A stretch of DNA of 27,567 nt from an uncultured Gemmatimonadales bacterium (lineage in GTDB: Bacteria > Gemmatimonadota > Gemmatimonadetes > Gemmatimonadales > GWC2-71-9): the NCBI GenBank assembly GCA_963748815.1, contig CAVVKJ010000018.1, forward strand, positions 1-27,567, written 5' to 3'. Under the pieces are notes generated by a model. That model ran no database searches. It worked only from the letters and a program-made list of their open reading frames with translations, and was not told where the DNA came from. A program made the translations under genes and the position numbers. Positions within the stretch are counted from its first letter, which is position 1; each line of letters opens with the position of its first letter. This document shows positions 10,405-17,392 of this stretch, one piece after another.

Positions 10405-10589
10405 GAGTTCCGCATCACCGGGTTGGTGGGGTTGCGGGGCAGCGTCGGGCGAGTGCTGTCGTTCAAGTGCCGGGACCAGCGAGTGCGGCGCTTCGGGCGT
10501 CCACACTAGATTCTTTGTAGCTTGGGCTGATCGTATTTCCCCGCCACCCGGCGGGTGGTGCGTTCGACCTCACTCCGGAAAACGAGACT

Positions 10590-10856
10590 ATGACCGAGAA
10601 CGAAATCCTGAGCTCTGTGCGCGCCTTCCTGCAGGAGAACTTCCTGTATATGAAACCGGATTACGTCCTATCCAACGACGACTCATTGCTCAAGAAGGGC
10701 ATTGTCGACTCCATGGGTGTCTTGGAAGTCCTGAGCTTTCTTGACGACTCATTCGGAGTAACGCCCAGCAACGACGAAGTCACGGAGGCCAACCTCGGAA
10801 CACCGAACGCCATCGCCCGATTCGTGGCGGCAAAGCGTTCGGCGAACTTGGGCTAG
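10590..10856 (+). CDS. Acyl carrier protein (ACP2)
   Basis: 88 aa, GIVDSMG motif; ungapped paralog of ACP1. Confidence 0.9.
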   Translation: MTENEILSSVRAFLQENFLYMKPDYVLSNDDSLLKKGIVDSMGVLEVLSFLDDSFGVTPSNDEVTEANLGTPNAIARFVAAKRSANLG

Positions 10857-10880
10857 TCCGGTGTCCGACTCGGATCGAGG

Positions 10881-11642
10881 ATGCCAGTCGTGACCGAGGC
10901 CCCCATCGCCAAGGCGGCACCTCAGGAAGGCCGGGGCTCGATGATGGGCCGCCTGCGTCATCGGCTTGTGACGTCCCAGCATCCAGTGGCGCTCACCCTC
11001 AAAGTCACTCGGCGCCGCCTGCTCCGCATCGGGATCGCGCTCCCGCCGGCGGCGTTCCGCCCCTTTTTGTGGTGCTTCCTAGCCGTCCGGGGCCTCTGGT
11101 TTGGGATTTATCGCATTTTCGTCTGTGAGCCGCTCTTTCGGGCCTACTGCACCACCGTCGGGCGCGGATTTCGTACTGGGGTGTTCGTGCACTGGGTCCA
11201 GGGATCCGGTCGGATCATCGTCGGGAGCGACGTGACCCTCGACGGACGGTCCTCCTTCGCATTTGGCTCCTCCTTTAGCGAGGCGCCAACGCTCAGCATC
11301 GGAGACGGGACCACGATCGGGCACGGGTGCAGCTTCGCGGTCGGGAAAAGCATCACGATCGGCCGGCACTGCCTCATTGCCCAAGGCGTTTCGATGCTCG
11401 ATTCGAGCGGGCATCCCCTCGACCCGGCCAAGCGACTGGCCGGCGCACCCCCTGATATCGAGGATGTCAAGCCAATTGTTGTCGGCGACAACGTGTGGAT
11501 CGGTGATCAGGCCAAGATCATGCCGGGCGTGACAATCGGCGATGGGGCCGTTGTGGCGGCCGGTTCGGTAGTTGGAGGAAGCGTACCCCCAAACGTCTTA
11601 GTGGCTGGGTATCCTGCCCGGAAGATTCGTGACGTCACCTGA
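10881..11642 (+). CDS. Hexapeptide-repeat (LbH) sugar O-acyltransferase, maltose/galactoside acetyltransferase-like
   Basis: ITIGRHCLIA, DSSGHP, PIVVGDNVWIG, PGVTIGDGAVVAAGSVV and VAGYPAR. Confidence 0.88.
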   Translation: MPVVTEAPIAKAAPQEGRGSMMGRLRHRLVTSQHPVALTLKVTRRRLLRIGIALPPAAFRPFLWCFLAVRGLWFGIYRIFVCEPLFRAYCTTVGRGFRTGVFVHWVQGSGRIIVGSDVTLDGRSSFAFGSSFSEAPTLSIGDGTTIGHGCSFAVGKSITIGRHCLIAQGVSMLDSSGHPLDPAKRLAGAPPDIEDVKPIVVGDNVWIGDQAKIMPGVTIGDGAVVAAGSVVGGSVPPNVLVAGYPARKIRDVT

Positions 11643-11711
11643 CCAAACAGGCCTCCGCCTGAAGCCCAGTCGCTTCCCGGAATCAGTGGTGGTCAAATCG
11701 AGGATCGACCC

Positions 11712-12560
11712 ATGTCCGCAACCCCATTCCTCCCCCAAGCCCTGGTGTGCGCCGCGATCTTGTGCGCGTGCACGGAGTCACCCGTGAGTTATCCATCCAG
11801 TGAGGTAGCTACGAGACTTGCCACTGTGACCCCGTCGCAATGGGCGGCCCTCGGGTCACGCCGAGTGTTCTTTGCCCACCAATCGGTTGGCGGCAACGTC
11901 ACCGAGGGACTAGATCGGGTGTTGCGGGACTACCCCGCGATCCCGGTTCGCCTGGTACGGAGCAGTCAACCGGACACCGTGCCGGGAGGAGCGATTTTCC
12001 ATAATTTTGTAGGCGACAATGGTCAACCATCCAGCAAGACGGAGGACTTCACTGCTATCGTACTCTCGACACAACACAATCCGATCGAGATCGGGATGCA
12101 GAAGTTCTGCTATGCAGACTTCAATCGACACACGGACGTCGACGCTGTCTTTGCGACGTACGAGCAACGCATCGAGGACCTGCGAGTGCTGCGACCAAAC
12201 CTACAGATCGTTCACCTGACGACACCGTTGCTGGAAGAACGCTTTTCAGTGAAGGACATTGCTCGCGCCGCGTTGGGGCGGACCACTACAAAGGAGCAAC
12301 TCGATCAGGTTCGCCGGTACAACGCGCGATTGCGGGCACGGTACTCGGGCGTGGACCCCATCTTTGACCTGGCGGCGATTCAGGCGCTGGGCGACCGCGG
12401 CGACCACGGCGACCAGAACGGCAGCCACGAGAATGAGAGTTTGACACCACGGTTCGCAACTGAGGATGGAGGACACCTCAACCCGGTCGGACAAGAGGTG
12501 GTTGCTGCAGAATTCCTCGTCTTTCTCGCGAACCTCTCGCCCAAGGAAGTTCCCGAGTAG
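11712..12560 (+). CDS. Putative lipoprotein with SGNH-hydrolase-like motifs
   Basis: Signal peptide ending LCAC; FFAHQSVG (block I-like Ser) and a C-terminal DGGHLN (DxxH). Confidence 0.65.
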   Translation: MSATPFLPQALVCAAILCACTESPVSYPSSEVATRLATVTPSQWAALGSRRVFFAHQSVGGNVTEGLDRVLRDYPAIPVRLVRSSQPDTVPGGAIFHNFVGDNGQPSSKTEDFTAIVLSTQHNPIEIGMQKFCYADFNRHTDVDAVFATYEQRIEDLRVLRPNLQIVHLTTPLLEERFSVKDIARAALGRTTTKEQLDQVRRYNARLRARYSGVDPIFDLAAIQALGDRGDHGDQNGSHENESLTPRFATEDGGHLNPVGQEVVAAEFLVFLANLSPKEVPE

Positions 12561-12625
12561 GCAATTCCGCGCCTGCCCGGGTTCGTTGGACCGAAAGCGA
12601 CGCTGTGCCTGTGACCGCCCGGGGT

Positions 12626-13291
12626 TCACTGGCGACCAGCCTCCTGGGGAGTCTCCTCCTTCTCCCGCCTCCACTCCAGGTACGAATACACCACCGGCCA
12701 GAGCACCATCCCGAAGACCGCCACCAGCATGGCGGTCGTGGAGTTCCGGCCCATCGGAATGAACGCTGTGGCAACGAATACCAGCCCGGCGATCGTAAAT
12801 GCGTAGCCGCCAATTCGGTGCGTCTTCCGCCACACCCGCTCGCTGCTCAGCGTCCACGGCGTCCGGATGCCCATGAACCAGTTCGGCCGGATCCGGGGCA
12901 GCAGGTTCCCCATGAAGACGAACAGCGCGCCGAGGAGGATCGGAAGCACCGACCGCATGTCGAACGGCCAGCCCAGAGCTGATCCGAGAATCAGGACCTG
13001 GACGATACCGACGAAGCCGATGATCACGTTGACCAGCAGGAAGTACACCGACCCATGGAACTCATAGTTCTTCTTGAGGGGGTCGATGTTCGGGAGGGCG
13101 GCGAAGATCAGCGTCATCAGCGCCATGACGGCCGGCATGAGGAACGCCGCGAAGGCCGGGGACGACCACCCGTTGGGCTGGCCGTTGACGCCCCAGTGCG
13201 TCGCAACCCGTTCCGGGAGTTGCGGCCAGGCCCACCACGAGAAGGCCAGTGTCGCGAGGGTGACGAGAATGGCGGGCATCAGCTTACGCAT
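12626..13291 (-). CDS. sdpI: SdpI family membrane immunity protein (DUF1648 + SdpI)
   Basis: LPERVATHWGVNGQPNGW, PNWFMGIRTPWTLSSERVWRKTHR and about six TM segments. Confidence 0.88.
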   Translation of the reverse strand: MRKLMPAILVTLATLAFSWWAWPQLPERVATHWGVNGQPNGWSSPAFAAFLMPAVMALMTLIFAALPNIDPLKKNYEFHGSVYFLLVNVIIGFVGIVQVLILGSALGWPFDMRSVLPILLGALFVFMGNLLPRIRPNWFMGIRTPWTLSSERVWRKTHRIGGYAFTIAGLVFVATAFIPMGRNSTTAMLVAVFGMVLWPVVYSYLEWRREKEETPQEAGRQ

Positions 13292-13565
13292 TGCGGCGCT
13301 CCTTGCGGCGAGGGGCGATTTCGAGCAGGTGCTGCAGGGCATCCTGCACCACCGTGGTGTTGAGGGAGTACCGGATGAACTGGCCGTCCCGGGTGGCGAG
13401 CACCAGCCCGGCTTCCTTCAGCACCGAGAGATGGTGCGACACCGACGCCCACGCCACCGGAAATTGCGCGGCAATCTCGCCGGCAGGGAGGTCCCCGTCC
13501 CGCAGCATGGCGAGAATGGCCCGGCGGGTCGGGTCGGCGAGCGCCTTGAAGGTCTGGTCGATCAC
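13284..13565 (-). CDS. sdpR: ArsR-family autorepressor, SdpR-like
   Basis: FKALADPTRRAIL, AGEIA, SHHLSVLKEAGLV and YSLNTTV; overlaps the sdpI start. Confidence 0.88.
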   Translation of the reverse strand: MIDQTFKALADPTRRAILAMLRDGDLPAGEIAAQFPVAWASVSHHLSVLKEAGLVLATRDGQFIRYSLNTTVVQDALQHLLEIAPRRKERRNA

Positions 13566-13599
13566 AACGCTAAGATATCTGTCTAATTATCTAAGTCAA
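13566..13599 (-). promoter_or_regulatory. Sigma70-type promoter of sdpR-sdpI, probably leaderless, with TTAGA operator-like repeats
   Basis: Minus strand reads TTGACT-16 nt-TATCTT-6 nt-GTG. The AT-rich spacer region contains TTAGA-TAA-TTAGA. Confidence 0.6.
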
Positions 13600-13603
13600 G
13601 CTC

Positions 13604-13751
13604 AACCCCTCACCGCCTTCCCTCTCCCTCCGGGAAAGCGGGGGATGCCAGCGTTGCGGATCGTCATCCCGACGCAAGTCGGGATTCCCGCTTTCTCGGG
13701 CCAATGGACCCGGCGACCCTGCCCCGGCGAAAGCCGGGGGCCGGGGCGACA
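13604..13751. repeat. Cluster of REP-like palindromes
   Basis: CCCCTCACC...CCTCTCCC..GGGAAAGCGGGG (13604-13645), GTCATCCCGACGCAAGTCGGGATTCC (13663-13688) and TGGACCCGG...CCCCGGCGAAAGCCGGGG...CCGGGGCGAC (13705-13751). Confidence 0.7.
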
Positions 13752-13772
13752 GCGACTCGACCTCCGCCCTCC

Positions 13773-13828
13773 GCCCCGCTGCCCCGCTGCCCCGCTGCCC
13801 GCCTGCCTCGCTGCCTTGCCCTGCCTCC
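13773..13828. repeat. 8-bp tandem repeat (GCCCCGCT x3 plus degenerate copies)
   Basis: Directly visible in the sequence. Confidence 0.8.
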
Positions 13829-13850
13829 CCAGCCGTACGACTTTTCTCCC

Positions 13851-14729
13851 ATGCCCCGCCCCGATTCCGCCGTCGAGGAACGCACCCGCCTGGTGCGGCG
13901 CGTTCTGCTGGGCGTCCTCCTCGCCAACCTGGCGGTGGTCGCCGTCAAGTTCCTGGTGGGTTTCGGAATCGGCTCGCTCGCCGTGGTCGGTGACGCGGTG
14001 CACTCCTCGGTCGATGCGATCAACAACCTCTTCGGGCTGGCCGTGGTGCGTTTCGCCTCGAAGGGGCCCGACGCCGAGCACCCCTACGGCCACGCCAAGT
14101 TCGAGAGTCTCGGCGCGCTCCTGATCGTCGTCTTCCTCTCCCTCTCCGTGTTCGAGCTGCTGCGCGGCGCCTGGGCCCGCCTCGTGGAGGGCGCCCCCGC
14201 GCTCGTCATCAGCCCCGTGCAGGTCATCCTCCTCCTCTTCACCCTGCTCATCAATCTCTGGGTCGTCTGGTACGAGACCCGGGCCGGCCGCCGGCTGAAG
14301 AGTCCGATCCTCCTCGCCGACGCCTCCCACACCCGCGTCGACGTGTTCATCACGATCGCCGTCCTCGGCGGGCTGTACCTGACCCATCTCGGCTACCCGA
14401 TCGCCGATCCCATCCTGGCCATCGTCGTCGCGTTCCTCGTGGTGCGGGTGGGCTGGGAAATCGTCGGGCACTCGCTCCCGACGCTGGTGGACGGCGCCGC
14501 GGTGGACGAGCCCTCGATCCGGGTGGCGGCCGAGGCAGTGGATGGGGTGCGCTCGGCGTATGCCATCCGTTCCCGCACGGCGGCGGCGCTTTCCTTCGCG
14601 GAGGTGACGATTGCGGTCGACGGCGCTCAGAACGTGACCGCGGCGCACGAGATCGCCGACGCGGTCGAGGACAAGCTGCGCGACGACCTCGGCTTCAACC
14701 ACGTCCAGGTGCACGTCGAGCCATGCTGA
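13851..14729 (+). CDS. Cation diffusion facilitator (CDF/FieF-like) metal efflux transporter
   Basis: SLAVVGDAVHSSVD, PDAEHPYGHAKFE, LLADASHTRVD, AHEIAD and VHVEP. Confidence 0.92.
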   Translation: MPRPDSAVEERTRLVRRVLLGVLLANLAVVAVKFLVGFGIGSLAVVGDAVHSSVDAINNLFGLAVVRFASKGPDAEHPYGHAKFESLGALLIVVFLSLSVFELLRGAWARLVEGAPALVISPVQVILLLFTLLINLWVVWYETRAGRRLKSPILLADASHTRVDVFITIAVLGGLYLTHLGYPIADPILAIVVAFLVVRVGWEIVGHSLPTLVDGAAVDEPSIRVAAEAVDGVRSAYAIRSRTAAALSFAEVTIAVDGAQNVTAAHEIADAVEDKLRDDLGFNHVQVHVEPC

Positions 14730-15557
14730 CCCTCGAGCAGGCCCGACAGCAGCGCCGCCGCCGGTCCCCGCCGTCGCTCAAGCAGCAGTACCAGGAATTC
14801 GTGATGCAGCGGGTCGAGGCCTTCAAGAACTCGATGTCGCGCGAGGAACTGCTCCGGCTCGGCGACGAGGCCGTCTCCGAAATGGAGGCCACCATCCAGG
14901 GTCAGTTCATGCTGACCGAGGTGCTGATGGTGGACCAGGTGGATCGCCTCATCATCAAGCGCCTCCGGCTTCGCTCGTACGCCAAGTGGCGTGAGCAGTA
15001 CCTGACGCTGCGGGCGGCGCAGCGGGAGCCGATGCACTGGGGGGTCGACCCGAGCAGTCCCGTGGCGCGCATCCTTCCGCGGCTGGAGCCCGGCGATTCT
15101 GCGCTGGTTTTCGGCACCGGCGCCGAGCCGACGACGTACCTCCTCGCCGCGCACGACGTCGAGGTCACCTTCGTGGCGGGAAATATCGGGACGGTCGAGC
15201 GGGTCGAGTCGCGGATGGCTTCGGAATCGCTGGGGAGCCAGTTCGAGGCATTCGTGGTGCCGATCGGCGGACAGGTTCACCAGCTTCGTCCCGCGGGTGG
15301 ACCTGGTGGTCATCGATGCCGGCGAGCTCACGCCGCTCGACCCGGATGGCCGACGGGCCGTGGTGGAACAGGTGCAGTGGCTTACGGAGCCCGGGGGCGT
15401 CCATGCCGTGCTGCCGACGCGCAGCCTCGCGCCGCACGCGTTTCGCACATTGTACGAGGGGTGGACCGAGGAGGAAGCGGAACGGGTGGGAGGAGGGCGA
15501 GGCCGGCGCGAGGGGCTGCTCTTCTCGAAGGAACTGGGTCGAATCGACACGAAGTGA
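14723..15557 (+). CDS. Hypothetical protein: helical N-terminus plus a degenerate methyltransferase-like region; apparent frameshift at about 15270-15296
   Basis: Coding-like frame from 14723 to about 15270 (ALVFGTG...YLLAAHD), continuing in the 15297..15557 frame (VDLVVID...LTEPGGVH). The start overlaps the CDF stop. Confidence 0.65.
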
Positions 15558-15660
15558 CCAACCGGAGCGTGTCGCTTCGACACGGTAACCTTCGGTACAG
15601 TTTTGTAAGCCACATATTATCAACCACTTACATTGAACTCCAGCACGGCACGGCTGGTGC
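15535..15660 (+). promoter_or_regulatory. Sigma54-dependent promoter with two UAS palindromes and an IHF site
   Basis: TGGGTCG-AAT-CGACACG (15535-15551), CGTGTCG-CTT-CGACACG (15568-15584), TATCAA-CCAC-TTA (15618-15630) and GGCACG-GCTG-GTGC (15647-15660, GG-N10-GC). Confidence 0.7.
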
Positions 15661-15716
15661 TCCTTGGTCGTGGTCCCGGCACGAGGCCGGGAATCACCAC
15701 CGCAAGGAAGTGCCAG

Positions 15717-15890
15717 ATGACCAGCCTCCCCGTACTGCTCGACGAGACGACTGTCGGCATCGTGATCCGGACCCCGAGCGCGGCCCCGCGCCCCGTGCGG
15801 TTCTGGGCCTATCTGTGGGCCACCGATGAGGCCACCGAAGGCCGTCCCTGGCATGAGCGGGTCCCGGTGGAGCGCATCGCGGCCGCCTGA
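15717..15890 (+). CDS. Small hypothetical protein (57 aa)
   Basis: ATG after AAGGAAG, GC3-rich codons, lying between a sigma54-type promoter and a terminator. Confidence 0.6.
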   Translation: MTSLPVLLDETTVGIVIRTPSAAPRPVRFWAYLWATDEATEGRPWHERVPVERIAAA

Positions 15891-15914
15891 TTGCGTGGTT
15901 GGTCCAGGAAAGTG

Positions 15915-15945
15915 AAAGGCCCCCGGTTTGGGGGCCTTTGTTTTT
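15915..15945. terminator. Intrinsic terminator, probably bidirectional
   Basis: AAAGGCCCCC-GGTTT-GGGGGCCTTT-GTTTTT between convergent genes. Confidence 0.8.
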
Positions 15946-15949
15946 GCCT

Positions 15950-16928
15950 CTACGGCGTCACGATCGTCCCCATCCGAACCACCTCGAAGTCGCTCCCCTT
16001 CACGTTCCGGAAGGCGTCGAAGATGGCGGGATCCCACCGCGTATCGGAGACGCCGGAGACGTACCAGTTCGATCCGTTGTCGGCCAGGATCATTCCGTAC
16101 TTCTTGAGCGCATCGAGCACGACGCGCGCATCGTGCGGGTACCCGCTGGTGTCGAAGGTGGCCTTGAGCCGCACCCGCATGCCCATCGGCGGCCGCGCGG
16201 GGTCGGTGGATGAGCTGGCCCAATGTCGGGCCGGGTGCACGTAGGCCTGGCGCGTCTGGGCCGCCGTGAACCGGAGGGCGTGGTTGATGGCGCCTGCGGC
16301 GACCTCGTCGTAGCGGGCGAGGCCCGGAAAGATCGGGAGCCCCGCGGCGTCGGCGGAGGTCCATCCCGCGGGGCGGAGCGCATTGGAGTTCAGGTCGAAG
16401 ATCGCGCCGGAGCCCGCCCGCCACCCCGCCCCACCCGATGGCGGGTAGGCGGCGTAGAGCTCGTAGAGGATCCAGTTGTCGCGATCGATGATCAGGATGT
16501 GGCGGTCTCCTGCAGCTGCCGGCGCCTCCTTCGATCGGCGCGTTGGCGGGAATCGGGTACGGGCCGGCGTCGCTCTCGTCGGCGTAGTCGAAGGTGACAG
16601 GCAGCTTCGGCGTGTTCCCGGCGACGACGACGTAGGGAATCCCGTAGTACGTCTCGGTCGTCCCCCAGTCGGGGTGCAGGCTGGTGTTGAGCCCGATGCT
16701 GGCGATCAGCACGTCGGACGCGGGATCGACCGCGGCGGTGTCGATCCGGAGATTCCAGGCGTTGTCGGCGGGAAAGGGCACGCGCCCGTTGAGGGAGGCG
16801 TTGACGCCCAGGTCGGCGGAGCCGGTCGGCGTGTCGAGGCCGGTCGGTTCGGATCCGCTGCCGCATGCGGCGAGACCAAGCACGCAAAACGCCGCGATGA
16901 ACGTGTTGGACATGTCGGAATTGTTCAT
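15950..16928 (-). CDS. Conserved hypothetical lipoprotein, apparent frameshift near 16515
   Basis: Lipobox LAAC; FPADNAWN, YGIPY, YADESDAGPYPIP. After the shift it continues GDRHILII, GWTSADAAGLPIFPGL, HALRFT, PPMGMRVRL and LKKYGMILADNGS. Confidence 0.8.
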
Positions 16929-17058
16929 GCCCGGATGGAACCCGCACATTCCGGACCTGCCGCAGCAAGCCAAGTCAAATTGTGATGGGGAGCACTTCGC
17001 GGTGCGGAGGGAAACGCATGGGGCCGGCGGCAGGCCGGCCCCGTTGCATCCGGTGGAG

Positions 17059-17199
17059 CTACTTGCCCTTCTTCGCCGGTGCCTTCTTCTTGGCGGGCGC
17101 CCGCTTCTTGGCAGGAGCCTTCTTCACGGCCTTCTTCGCTGCCTTCTTTGCTGGCGCCTTCTTGGCGGCCTTCTTGGCTGCGCGCTTCTTGACTGCCAT
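17059..17199 (-). CDS. Histone H1-like Lys/Ala-rich small protein (46 aa)
   Basis: MAVKKRAAKKAAKKAPAKKAAKKAVKKAPAKKRAPAKKKAPAKKGK*, with AGAGG upstream; too short for the ORF track. Confidence 0.8.
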   Translation of the reverse strand: MAVKKRAAKKAAKKAPAKKAAKKAVKKAPAKKRAPAKKKAPAKKGK

Positions 17200-17327
17200 G
17201 CTGACCTCTGGTGTCGAGGAGTTCCGCCGGCCCGAATGGCCATCCGGATGTTACAACATCGCGCATTTCGATTTTCGCGCAATAGCCGGGGCGGGGCGAA
17301 GTCGTTGCGGGGCGCGCGATTGTCCCC

Positions 17328-17356
17328 TTGCCGCCACGCCTCCAGCCCCGTAGAAT
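17328..17356 (+). promoter_or_regulatory. Sigma70-type promoter for the fdh gene
   Basis: TTGCCG-17 nt-TAGAAT, ending 36 nt before the ATG. Confidence 0.55.
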
Positions 17357-17392
17357 CGAACCATCCCTTCCACGCGTGAGTCGTACCCGACG

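Noticed and set aside
13604..13828. CRISPR array
   Set aside because: The repeats are heterogeneous palindromes and 8-mers without regular unique spacers, and no cas genes are present.
15165..15949. C-terminal half of the 602-aa minus-strand ORF
   Set aside because: Out-of-frame read-through caused by the indel near 16515; the real frame ends at 15950.
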